Assembly (NCBI GenBank): GCA_027604505.1 | Contig: JADIIX010000005.1 | Location: 1 to 64,000, forward strand | From: Gonapodya sp. JEL0774 | Lineage: Eukaryota | DNA length: 64,000 bases | Direction of reading: 5' to 3' | In this document: piece by piece, positions 1 to 12,011 of the stretch | Layout: each line of letters starts with the position of its first letter | Position numbering within the stretch: the first letter of the stretch is position 1 | Made by a program: the position numbers and the translations under genes | The notes under the pieces: model-generated | The model's database searches: none | The model's input: the letters and a program-made list of their open reading frames with translations, nothing else | What the model was told of the DNA's origin: nothing

Positions 1-1944
1 GCTCGTATACCTCCATTTCTGGGTGTTCAGCTAACCAACAGACCTCTGACCAGCACATTACATGGTCATTTTGGAGATGCTTATGTTACAAGGCAACCTA
101 AGTGGAATCATTGTATACGAGACTGTGAACAAGTTTGAATCCTACCTTGGGAAGTGCCTCAACCAAGTGAGCCATGCACTGCACCTCAGTGCATTCTCCA
201 ATATTTTTCCTGTCTGTCCCTGCCAATGCTGTGCTTTGCAACCAATGGCAGATAACATCGGCAAACCGAATCCATTTCTGAAAAAGAGGTTAGTGTTCAT
301 GAAATATCAAAAATAAAGGAGTGATAAGCTTACCTTCCAGAAACCAGACTCAATTGCCTTCCTCACAGATTTCTGCTTGTGCATGAGATCAATAAAAAGT
401 TGTGATACCCATGACATCAACGCAAGAGTGTGATTTGTTTTGAGATCTCCATCAACTGTCAATAGTACAGTACAGTTGTGTGCGTTCAATCTGGGCTTCA
501 TCCGTTCACCCAATTGAATTGAGCCGAAGCTCTCCATTTGTCTAGAGGTACCACCAAATCCATCACTGCTTGGTCTCACCACTCTGATCTCACCAGTCTT
601 CTTGCTCTTGCAAACAATCTCTTTAGTGACAACGTAGCACCCAACAACTGGGCGCGTGGAGTAACCTGCTGGGATCACGTCTGAGATGATGTGAACATGG
701 CATTCCCCAGCATTTCTGCCATGAGACCAAGCCCCGTCCAAGGTAGCACGTAATGCCTTTCGTCCATATTGATCGGGAGTAATACTACAAAGCACATCCT
801 CAAGTGCCTGGTCACAGCTTCTTTCCATTTCTGGCTCCAGCTGTTTTGCAATAAGAACTTCGTAGTCTGCCCATTTGTTGACTGAGAGGTGTCGTGTTAT
901 TCCCATAATGTTGAGCATAGCCACTGCTTTTGGAATTTCCACTCCAGCCCCAACAGCTGCACTTCCAACCAACACATTGTAGTTTGCAGCATTAGTTGCC
1001 CCCTTTTCCCCATTACTGTGAGTACTTTTACTTCTGCATTTGAAGCACACTGTTTGGAATTCAACGTGGAGGCCGACAGTCCTCATTGATCCACGGACAA
1101 TGTCCTGCACATCTGAAACGTGACAACAATCACAGGGATGGCTAAGAACTTGTGCAACCCATAAACGAGTATCAACAATCATAGATGATCCAACATCAGA
1201 TTCAGATATGAAATTGTCAGCAGCCAATAGTAATGATTTCTGTCTGTCCTCCAGTTCTGCCTTGGACCACTTAGACATGTCTGCTAGGGACTGAGCTCCA
1301 GCTTTCTGTTTTCTTTGAAGTCTCTTCTTTGTGGCTTCTAACTTGAGATCCCCCACTAGAATTGCACGTCCAAGTTTAGCAACAGATGTGGGAGTTGCAG
1401 TGAGTTTTTCTAACAAAATTTTGCTGCGAGGGCTGGTAGACACCAGAGGCTTCTTGAGCACAGAACGTAGTTTGTGTAAGGAGCGCTTGTCAGAGGGTCG
1501 TAGAGGTTGTGGTGTTCCCAATGGAGGGGAAGGCAGAACTGCAGGAGACTGCAAACCAGCACCAAGTGGAGAGCTTGGAATCATAGGGTTTGGAGAAACA
1601 GCAGCTCCAAGGTAAGAGGGAGTGGAAGGATGTCCTGTAGCTGTCTGAAAGCATCACTGCCAAAGTTGCGTTGGGACAACAAAAAATGTCGAACCCTCAC
1701 CCTGTTCCATGATATGGAGATTCAGCTCTCTCCTTGCAGTCCTCAAAATTTTCTCTAGAGCATCCTTAGAATAGGTGCTCCTCTTGAATCCGTTGTCAGT
1801 GAGAGCTTTCTCAAGGTCCCGAACACTTCTCGCTCCAAGCAGAACAGCACCATGAATGACAGACCGCGCAGCTCGATTCTTTGTCCTGTTGAATCCATGG
1901 TTGAGCTCGGGTATATTGCTTGAAACATAAAAGATAATGCTCAC
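1..1944 (-). CDS. DDE transposase of the Kolobok/Mutator-like group (spliced, 3' end beyond window start)
   Basis: ORF 307-1584 has motifs LDGAWSHGRNA, SRQME, VDGDLKTN and DLMHKQKSVRK, plus an upstream CxxC cluster (CDCC...CFKC). A downstream exon near 1-100 reads HLQNDHVMCWSEVCW. ORF 1654-1944 is a possible upstream exon. Confidence 0.75.
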
Positions 1945-2811
1945 GGGCGACCGGGCGGCATGCTTGGTCTTCCCGAATACGATAATCAGACTACCGTTCG
2001 GTTTCGTAAGTGAGATTCACCAATAAACTGGCAAAATGGACCTTCCACAATCGCTGAAGTACATCGAATTCCCTTATCAACAGGTTTTTTTGAGATTCCG
2101 AACCATCAACAGGAGTCCCAGCAACTGCTTCCACTCTATCTACCCTCCTTCTTTGCTCTGCACAACCCCAAATCCCCCTGCAAACTACCAGACAACCGCC
2201 CATGGTTTTTTGAATGATGCTGAAGTGGGAATGGGAGGTTTAGACCTTGGATGAGCACCCATCATCCCTTTCAACATCCTCCACACGGACTCATATGTCT
2301 GGACCCCCCCCCCAATCGACCCACAGGACCCAGCTGCGTCTCACCTCACATCTAGCGCAATTGCCCGACTTCATGGAAGCTGTAAGCCAACGGAGAAGGG
2401 GGCAAGGCAAGTGCATCAACGTGTATTACCATTTGAAAACGGGGAAATTCAATGTCCCCGCTCTGCTTTGTCTGTTTCTCTGTTGCCACACACCGAAACG
2501 GGTTTTGCTACGCAAATTGCCCGTACAATGTCCGCACTTTCGCGGAGCTGATGCAGAAGGGTTTTGGTAGATATGGAGGAAATCCTGTTTGAAAACGGAA
2601 AAATTCACTCACGGAACGTGACGGGTTCCACAACCACCCCTGGATTTTGCAGCGGGGGATTCGTGATATATTGTATTTAGACGTATCATAATTAGTTACA
2701 ATAGATATTCTGTGGAGGTCGTGACCTGTTTGCGGTCGGAGTTGAATTGGGGTTGGCAAATGTGTGCAGACGCTTTTCATGTCCCATCCCAGGCTGGAGG
2801 GGGGGGGAGCC
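1..2811 (-). mobile_element. Putative Kolobok-like DNA transposon, one end visible
   Basis: Contains the transposase above and is CpG-poor in its coding part. Candidate terminus ...GGGGGAGCC is followed by TTAA (2812-2815), fitting Kolobok RR..YY ends and a TTAA target site. The other end is outside the window. Confidence 0.45.
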
Positions 2812-3045
2812 TTAAAATATGTGATAACGTGATAAAACAACTGCTATCGGCAAAATAAGAGGGCGGTCCAAAAGAATCCCAAGAATCACGGTGTGATCCC
2901 AAGAATGATTGTCGCGCCGTATTGCGGTCGGATGGAGGATGGAGTGGGGGTGAGTGAAGCTTGACAAATTTCGGTCAAATTTTAGCCGCATGAGAGTCAG
3001 AACAAGGAACTCACAATTCCGAATATATATCATTCCGCGGGAACC

Positions 3046-3944
3046 ATGAGCGCCGTCAATGTGAGACTGAGGATCTCGCGTCCCTTTTCCACCTTCCTTC
3101 TTTAGTGCTGTCGAGAGTTGCTTCTTTCCTCACGTCCTATCCTCATTTGTTCAACCACGTATCCCGTCTAATCGCCATCATACAATCCAGCGAGTGGATC
3201 AAATAGCAAATCAACTCGGCATTACGGAACTGAAGACGAGACTCATGTTCAGGTGATCGGAGTAATATCTGAAGGAACTGTTGGCCACCTAACCAAAGTT
3301 TGCCCATTTCGTTCAGAATGACTTTGGCGACAGACACTAACGCGCTCACAGTTGTTGGAAAGACACCTACTGGCTCGCGATGTGAGCTTATCAATATAGA
3401 TTCTCATGGCACATTTTCATAATCACTCCCAACAATCAGTCATTGCTACCGTAACCGGCGGCAAACTCGATGGCTTGGTTAATGGGACAGTCATTGGCCC
3501 AGCTGGAGACTGGGTTATGAGGCGAGCTGACTCTACCAATGTTATTGATGTCCGACTGACGTGAGTTATATACAAATTGCGTTCTGGAGGAGCTCGAAAG
3601 TTAATCGATTCTTATCCGCTCACCAAGCATCATCACAGCTGACACCAACGAATACATCTACATGACCTACGGAGGTTACATGCTGTCGCCATCTCGACTT
3701 GCAGAGCTTCAATCGCAAGGGGTGCTGATTGACGATAGTATTGTCCGGATGACCTGCAGGTTCGAGGTATGTCAGAAGCCTCAATCGTTGCCAGCACTTT
3801 GAATCTGACACAGGAACTTACCAATGCAATGATTCTATGTAGACTGCGTCCACAAAATATGCGTGGCTCAACTCTGTTATTGGCATCGGCAGGGGCAAAC
3901 CCACTCCCGGTGGTGTGATTTATGATGTATTTCAGGCTCAATAG
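3046..3944 (+). CDS. DUF3237 (UPF0311-like) beta-barrel protein, multi-exon
   Basis: Exons translate to GTVIGPAGDWVMRRADSTNVIDVRLT, TADTNEYIYMTYGG, RFE and TASTKYAWLNSVIGIGRGKPTPGGVIYDVFQAQ*. The start codon is tentative. Confidence 0.75.
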
Positions 3945-4285
3945 TACAATCACGATACGTCAACAAATAAAACGTGTGGTTGATAAAAGTTCTAGAGGCC
4001 TGCCTGACTCCCACCCCACCAGTCGCCTTCCCCCCTGCCATACAATTTTCGCTGTAGTTAGCAAGAAAGTTGCGGATGACGCCACAGAGTTCATTGTGTT
4101 ATTATCCTTCATTTACATTTATATTTATCGGAGCAAAAATGGAATCAAGACAGTGAGGTGTTCGGGACAATTAGTCAGTGAACGAACATACTCCATTCTA
4201 GGGATACCTGGAGTCCGACATTGCAACGTTTCCGAAATGCATTCCTACGCCATAAACCGAAGCCGGTTGCGCTGGACCACGCACG

Positions 4286-6252
4286 TCACGCATGGATCCC
4301 ACAGGTCGTGTATGCGAACGCTTCAAAGGAAATGGAATTGGATCTGATGGGATTGGGGAAACTCAGACAAATGCTTACAATCGTGGAACTTCCGCTGGGC
4401 ATCATTCCGGATGGAAAAGTTCCCGATGGCGCCATCATCAAGGGTAGTGCGTTGGATCTCATTGCCTGCTGCGAAAGCACAGACGTGGTCACCACCCGTG
4501 ATCGAGATTCGAAGCGGTTCGGTAAAGAGGTGGTATTTGCGGGGGCATTGCCAAGTCGCAGGCAGTCACTGACGCCGACCGTCAATATAGTTGAGATTAC
4601 AGTAAAACTGTCATGGAAAACTTACAGGGGAAACATCCCGTACTCCGCAGTTTCTTCATTCCTGCCAATAGCCCAGCTGCAAAACAACCACAGTATGTTT
4701 CATATGCTTGGACCGTTTTGTATCATTTGCAACTTACCCATCGCGGAAGAGAGTCTGCAATGTAATGAAGTCCCCCGCAGTGAGACGAATTTCATCGGCG
4801 GCAGTGGGTTCGTACTACGATGGAGAGACCTGGAAGGTTGAGGTAGATGCGCCTCATCAATCGTACTCTGGCTGTCCGTACCTCCTCGATGACTAGGAAT
4901 GGCTGGGTTCCTTCATATGGAGCACTCGGTTCATTTTGCATTTTTAATGGACCTGCAATGCGCACATAAAACCAGTGGGCCTGCTCTCGCGAAAACATGT
5001 GAGGATAATTGTGCTTGCCGAAGAACCAATCAAAAGTCGTTACCTACCGACGCTGCACCTCCACTTTGGAAATTAAGGTCGTGAGAATAACTTTGATTCA
5101 AGGTGGAGGTGTCTAAGCTGGCCTGACTGTGCGGAGGAGACCCGGGGACTAAAGTTTGAGCGGAAAAGGAAGAGCCGGTTGTGGAAAGGTTCTTTGAAGT
5201 GCTGGAGGGATACTGAGGAGGAACAAGTTCGCGCGCATCCGAGTGGGTGTCGGCGAAAGCTGGGGGGTCAAGAGGATGAGTTTTGCTCACAAATGTACTG
5301 GGCAATGATGAAAGTCCTACCTTTGCGTTTCCTCCGGTAAACGAATACAGCGGTGACTATTGCAGCTACTAGCACCACCCCACCGACGATTCCGGCAATG
5401 AGGGGCACAAAACTGCTCGTTGCCACAGTTCCAGATTGCGGTGGTGGGGCGGTCTGTGACTGTGTAGAACCGGCAACCGACATTGAGTTGTAAGTGGAAG
5501 TCGGTGCCGTGGAGGGAGACGATCCCTGCAGCGGAGTGGTGGCTGTAATCGCGCAAACATCCGAGGGCCCAAGCGGAAGCTCCTTTTGCCCGATTCCATC
5601 AAACGTCTGGGTGACGCAGAGTCGAGGAAAATCGTTGCGACAAGTGAAAAGCCCAGGATTTGTTCCATTCCAGGTGAGATAGCAAGTTTGGGGGGACCAG
5701 GTCGTCGAAATTTTACCATCAACATTTCCGTCGAAGTTGTTAATAGAGAGGTCCAATAGAGTAAGGTAGAGATTTCGCATGTCTGGGATAGGGCCCGTGA
5801 AGTTGTTGGAATAAGCTTCGAGATGGGTTAAGGATGTCAAATTGTTCAGCGACGAGGGGAAAGTCCCCATTAGACCGACACTGTAAATATGGGCTTCTGT
5901 GATTCGTAGATTGGTATCGCATTTAAAATAAGGAACTTGTGTATCACTCTTTGCACAACTGAAGAGTGATATTTTCGGAGAACAATTGTCATTGGGAGAG
6001 TCAGTTAGAAAAGAGAGAAGGTACTTACCATCGTCCTTTCGCCCATGGATATGTGAAGTTTGATTGGTCGAAGAGTTGCTCGAAAACAGCACAATCAGAA
6101 GCTTGTTGGAGTGATTGACCATGTGCGGGTTTACTGGAAGCGAGGAAGGCGACGATCGGAATAACAAGGCGGAGTACGAGTCGTGTGACAGGAGGATGTT
6201 TACTAATTGGATGTGCAAGCCGCATTGGATTTCGGAAACAATCAGCAGTCAT
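4286..6252 (-). CDS. Single-pass receptor-like protein: signal peptide, plant-type LRRs, Ser/Thr stalk, TM helix, cytosolic SH3
   Basis: Hydrophobic N-terminus (LVLRLVIPIVAFLAS). LRRs LMGTFPSSLNNLTSLTHLEAYSNNFTGPIP and LDLSINNFDG. TM IAGIVGGVVLVAAIVTAVFVY followed by RRKRK. SH3 exons YEPTAADEIRLTAGDFITLQTLFRDG (about 4735-4815) and WAIGRNEETAEYGMFP (about 4627-4677). 3' end approximate. Confidence 0.75.
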
Positions 6253-6496
6253 GGGAAGTGGCGGCTCCTCCGTCAGGCAAACGAGCCCACAGCCAGCCAG
6301 GCGTGGCAAGGTAAATGTCTTGACACTCATCTATTCCGAGTTTCTCTTTTTCTTTACCTGCATTTCACAGCACTAGGTGCTCTACTATTCGATCCGATTC
6401 TCGAGCAATCGCTCGTGACAAAAGTCGCTGGGTTATCATTATCTACATTGCTCTGTTCAATTTTCTGCTCCGTGCACTACTACAGAATAAAGGCAC

Positions 6497-8579
6497 CTAA
6501 TTTTCGAGAAGAGGTCTTCTTTCAGCTTCTGATTGAGGGTTGTAGTCCTGACTCCGCTCGCTTCCCTCGAGCAATCCCAACAGAATACACAGCAGCACCC
6601 CAGTCGCGGACACACCCACAAAGAACGTTTGTACTCCCTTCCAGGTGGTTGGATCAGACGCTCGAATGTGTCCAATAACCAAAGGGAATAGAGACAGAGT
6701 TGTGTTGAGTAAGGCGACGGCAAGACCATAGCTTCATTTAGTGACAAGCAATAGGGCAGTGACGTGATGCTAGATTTCGGGACTTCAGTAAAAAACGCTC
6801 GCGAAATTCAAGAACTTACCCTGTGGCAATTAATCCGTCTCCAACGGCTTCTGGTAACATTGGCCACAAAACTGTCGCCATGAGAGAATAGCCACACCCT
6901 AGAACAGCCATACCAACGAACGGAGTCAGCATGGTCCATCCTAATATAACGTGGGCAGACAAGAGGAGCCCCTGGGAAAGAGCGAGAAAGAGAGGTCGGT
7001 AGGTGGGGTATGCGTCCGAAAGTATTCCAAGAAAGGGGGCCAGAATAGCGGTAACAGTCGGCGGAACAGCAAGAGCTGAGATGACGCGATACAGAAGTCA
7101 ATGTCATGGCGAGTTGAGAAGCTCCAGGGTAGTTTAAACCCACCCAAGCCTGCCTTCTCCGGGTTGCCTGGAAAAAATCGCTCCTGGAAGAAATCTGTCG
7201 ATACGTTGAAAAATGGGTTGACAACACCGTACGAGGCAACGACAATGCAGGTCTGCAGGCCGAGAGGGTCATTGTACCGATAATCATTAATTTCAAACAC
7301 TGAGTACTCACCAGGATCCAAAACTTGGCTCCGAGACCACCTACACCTCCACAAGCTGCAATCACTTCCATCTGATTTTCATATCCGTCCATCATTTCTT
7401 CCACTGAAGTGATAACCGACACCGCATCGTTGTCGGACGCTGCGTCACCTAAAGGTGACAAAGTGGAACCATAATTGGAGAAAGCAGAGGTGCCACTAGA
7501 AATGGGTGTAGATAATGTGGCAGAGGAGACGAACGAAAGCGGGGGAGGGGTGGAGTGTGCTTGGGAGAGCTGATTGTCCACCACCGCTGGATCCTCCTGC
7601 ACAACAGCATTCCCGTTTCTCGACGCAGTTGCTATTCTCGACTCTTCCTGTGCATTTTTTTTCGCAATCTTTGCACTCTCTCTCGAGCTGTTCATTGTGA
7701 CCACCCCGATCACGGCTGAGGAGCTTAGGACACATACGAATGTCCCTACCCATGGTGCGGACGCGACTCCGAACCGGCTAGCAATTAATGGAGAAAAAGC
7801 ATCGTTGAGAGCGGTGGAAGCACGCACGGAAGATAGGTTGAGAGCCAAAACGAGGGAAAGTCCGAGGGAAGGGTGATTTTGGAACCATTCAGTTGCGATG
7901 GTCATCTATCAAAGTCAAACACCGATGAGATTCAATGTCCATAAAGAGCACGGAATGGCATGGGCACCGCAGAGTCAAAACGACTGAGCTCGAATTATTT
8001 TTGGCAGTATTGTCTCAAGAAATATCTTGTCCTCACCTGAGTAATATCTAGTGTTTCACAACCGGCTCCAAAAATGGTTCTTCCCGCAAGCATCGTCAGA
8101 AAATGCTTCGCCGAGACACCAACTGCGAACAATATCTGTCCAAATAGAACGAGCGATGCGAACATCAGTACGGTGCGCGAAGCCCCCAATTTGTCGACAA
8201 GGATTCCCCCGAGGAAAGGAAGGAATATATTTGGAATTGAATAGACGGAGTCTGTAAGGGGAGCATGTTATGAAACCGAGTAAAAGGCATCGAATAGTTT
8301 CCTGCGAAACTCACAAAGAAGACTAAGCTCATACTGCCATTCCGTATATGAGACGCCCAACCACGCGCGCAGCGAAGTGTTTGTAGCTGCAGGGATGTCA
8401 AAACTGATGAACAAAGAATGTGAGCGTTTGCGATGTATTCAGGTGGACCTTCGCAATTTCCCTCACCAGTAGTACGACCCAACGACCGCCATACACAAGC
8501 AAAACAGCATCAGCCCGTGACGATGGCCAGATCCCGAGATCGAGATCCGCCGATGGCGGGACGGGCTCTGGACGTCCAT
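6497..8579 (-). CDS. MFS transporter, MFSD1-like
   Basis: Exons read LMLFCLCMAVVGSYY, LFGQILFAVG...MLAGRTIFGAGCETL, EWFQNHPSLGLSLVLALNLS, YGVVNPFFNVSTDFFQERF. C-terminus ends in a dileucine-like ERRPLLEN*. Confidence 0.8.
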
Positions 8580-9226
8580 CCAGAGCCTCACGAGTTCGGA
8601 AGGTGAGCAATAGCAGCGATTCGAAGCCAGGAACTCGTGATTGGAGAGGGCGTGGCTCGTTTATCTTGAAATCTTGGTGATTACAGTAAACTCAATGCCA
8701 GAAGAGAAAGACTTTGGATTTGTTTGCCATGAGTGGAACATGACCGAGGGTTGCACGAGAGAATGTATGTTTTGATCCAGAAGTAAACAATGCTCGCCAA
8801 TGAAAGTCGCGAGCGAGACTCCATATTCTGGGAATAGGACACCAAAGCTGTTGAGAGCGTGAAATACGTGGAGGACGTGTTTCTCAGTCTGTCAGTCGCT
8901 CAGGTGTTCCCTCATCCGCCACACTACTTTCATATACGCGACGAAAACACATTGAGTCTGTTAAGTCTGGTTAGTGAATGAAACGACAGGTTGCTACCTT
9001 GCACATCCGCTCACCATTGTTTCCACTCCTTCCGCCGATGTCTTGGTCATTTGCTGGAAACTACCTTGCTGAAGACTTGGAAACTAGTACATACTTCACT
9101 ACATTTTAAACAGGAGCAGCGAGTATTAATGGACTGATGGAAGTCATCGTCAACAATATGATATTTAGGAATTTAGTAATATTATTAGATATGAATAAAT
9201 ATTTTTTGCGAAGAATGTCCTCCTTT

Positions 9227-9299
9227 TCTTCCGTAGCTCAATAGGTAGAGCGTGACGCTGTTAACGTCAAGGTCGCTGGTTCGATCCCAGCCGGGAGCG
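9227..9299 (+). tRNA. tRNA-Asn (GTT)
   Basis: Cloverleaf with D arm GCTC..GAGC, anticodon arm TGACG-CTGTTAA-CGTCA and T arm GCTGG-TTCGATC-CCAGC. Discriminator G, followed by a TTTTT Pol III terminator. Confidence 0.95.
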
Positions 9300-9511
9300 A
9301 CATTTTTGGAGCCCATTTGTCGCGATTTTGTATTCAATCCACCCTGAAGGTAAGTATGTAGAGAATAATGAACAGCTCGATATCACCCTAGGATATATCA
9401 CTGACAGACAATGAGAATATAATGTGAAGATATACATGACAACTGTGAATGGAACAGTGTTCGTCTCCTCCTGCTCACCTGACAGACAATGACAATCCAC
9501 GTAGGGAAGTC

Positions 9512-9723
9512 TGTCAGGGCAAGCCCAAGTCAAGCCCGTGCGGGTAATCTGGATCTAACGGGTTCCCTCTGGACCCTGCACTCCATGGTGCCCCAATGGG
9601 GGGTAACATCGAAACGGTGCACTGATATATATGGTGTAAGGCTTTGGTCGACCAAAGAACAGCAAAGAGCCTTCCAAATGGCAAAGAGCATCGATGGGGA
9701 AGGGAAGAAGGAGAGGCCTGACA
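9512..9723. mobile_element. Possible solo LTR remnant
   Basis: Inverted termini TGTCAGG...CCTGACA, a purine run (TAGGGAAG) just upstream and an internal TATATAT. No target-site duplication is seen. Confidence 0.3.
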
Positions 9724-10119
9724 GACACTGGGGACGTGTATTTGTAGCATATATAGAGTATAAATGAAGCTCCATCTGCAAGAAAATCATCCTCTTTACA
9801 TAGCTTGAAACGCCAGCAGCAGGCGTTCTGGGTTGTTTCGAGGGTGAAATATTTTCCAATAGTTCGGCCTGCACTGGTTTCGAAGGTGCCTGCAGTGGTT
9901 TCAGGCCTTCTCCTGACCCTCCACAGCTTCCTTCGAAACCACTTCGCCTGCCTGCAGGCACAAGTGCCTTTCGTCCTTCGAACAAATATACATTCAACTA
10001 CTCTTGGGTTCCCTATCCTCTTCTTGTAGCTGCCCATTGAGATCTAGACGGAACAGCAGAGCAGATCAGATATAGCCTTTCTCCTTGCGGTACCTCAAAC
10101 TTTACTACCGACCAACACC

Positions 10120-10740
10120 ATGGATGATGAGGCGGCTGATGCTACTACACAGGATCAGGTGCTGCCATTCAAGCCGCTCTCTACGCGCCTGTCCCTGGAT
10201 ATGTGGGGGAATTTTGTGTTACAAAGGATGACGGAACTCTCTTGTGGTTTTACGCATGCCGTGATGGAACTGGAGATGAAATGGACACTCTTCGCAAATC
10301 TCTACCCATGAATGAAATCAAAGAAGCTTGGAGTGGCCCACCATCAAAGCATTCAGCTGAGAGATTGGAACGGCTGCTTCTCAAGTACAATGATCAACCA
10401 ATTACAACTCTTCGGCAAATGATATACCCAAACAGTGGTACTAAACTTGCAAAGAAAAACATTCTTGCTGAAGCGTGGGGACTTTTTAAAGCGGGGAAGG
10501 TGCTGTTCTGTGTCATTCAAACCAGCAGCTTTCATGTTGGCAATACACTTTTGTGGGAGAAACTTGATGGAATCACCTGAAGTTCCAGTTTTGACAATGA
10601 TAGTAAGGTCCACCATGTTTTCTGTGTTGAGGAACTCAACTTTCCCATATGGCAATCTCAAAAATGTCAGCAGACATGAGACGACACATCAGGTGATCTT
10701 GAAGTTGCAAATGGATGACCACCCTACGAGGCCCTTGTGA
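10120..10740 (+). pseudogene. Frameshifted, CpG-depleted ORF remnant of unknown, probably transposon-derived origin
   Basis: Overlapping ORFs 10120-10311, 10203-10580 and 10435-10740 in shifting frames, in TpG/CpA-rich sequence. No family recognised. Confidence 0.35.
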
Positions 10741-11381
10741 CCCGTCTAAGGGTCACTACCAGAGTCGAGTGTAGAGCAGAACACTGTGACGGAAATGTAA
10801 TGAACAAGAGCAAAGCAAATACAGACAAGCCTCTGTCCCACCTGTGACAGAGTGGACTCTATCAACCCTAAGAGAAACTAAACCCTCAGTGTCTGAATGA
10901 CCCTGTGTGCACTGTGCCACACGACCCTTATCACGTGACTAATCCCCCTACCCAACTACCATCCTAGCGGTAGCTACTCAAATGTTACTAAAGGTGGCAG
11001 CCCTGAAGAAGACTCAGGAGGTCATTGAGGAAGAATTAGGCACGTGTTGTTGTGATCCACATCAGATACACATTAGTAACCTTGAAATTCAAGAGACTGG
11101 AGCCTGAAATGGTCTTCTTCTGCAAGACTTCCTTTATTAGTAAACAATTATCCATATGACATCCAGGATTCCACAAAATGTGAGATTCACATGTCCACTC
11201 AGGACACTCACAGATCACAAATCATGATGGTCAATTAGTCTGGGGTCCAAGAAAAGTCATGTCAACATGCAACAACTTCAGTGGAGTTACATTTATCACT
11301 TATCCAGATAACAGACTGCTTATACTATTTCAAAGAGGAGAATACTAAATTTCGAATTTCGAACCCTCACCGTGCAAAAAG

Positions 11382-11454
11382 CGCTCCCGGCTGGGATCGA
11401 ACCAGCGACCTTGACGTTAACAGCGTCACGCTCTACCTATTGAGCTACGGAAGA
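11382..11454 (-). tRNA. tRNA-Asn (GTT), identical to 9227-9299
   Basis: Exact reverse complement of the first copy, with a TTTTT terminator downstream on the minus strand. Confidence 0.95.
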
Positions 11455-12011
11455 AAGGAGGACATTGGAGTGAACGTCATTTTACTGTATATTTATTAAA
11501 TTTTATTTTGACATGTTGTTCAATCCACAAGAAGCTGCTGCTCCTGTTCAACATGTTATTAATAGCGAGCGTCCCTCGGACTATAATTTTTTGGCCAGAA
11601 CCCTCAATTCGCATGGTCTGCCATCCACTATTCCACTGTGCAATGAGTTCCATGGGGTGCACAGGAATCGTGCCGCCTGTATTACGCATTGTGGGGCAGA
11701 ATGCAGATGTCATGATTTCCTAAGTGAACTCGAGATCGGCCAAGGCATTACAGGAGGACTCCACTCCAAACCACACGAGCAGGTATGACAGCTGAGATAT
11801 GTGCATGCAATATTCAACTCATAGCCGCCATCGTGCACTACAACACGGACTACATAAATTGCCATTGCCATTTCTGTCTAACCAACAGCGTCCACACGTG
11901 ACAAGTCCGATCCACACCGAGTCCCGACCCGACCATGACCCCTCCACACTACGGAACAAGCTCCCTCTCCACCTCCGCCTTCGTGATCCCTCCTCTTGAT
12001 GGCTTAAGCGT

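Noticed and set aside
4221..4841. 206-aa plus-strand ORF
   Set aside because: It is antisense to the SH3 and tail exons of the LRR-TM gene and has no recognisable motif.
11040..11290. Possible KDZ/Zisupton transposase remnant (VAC*HDFS on minus strand)
   Set aside because: Only one short degenerate motif with no supporting neighbouring motifs.
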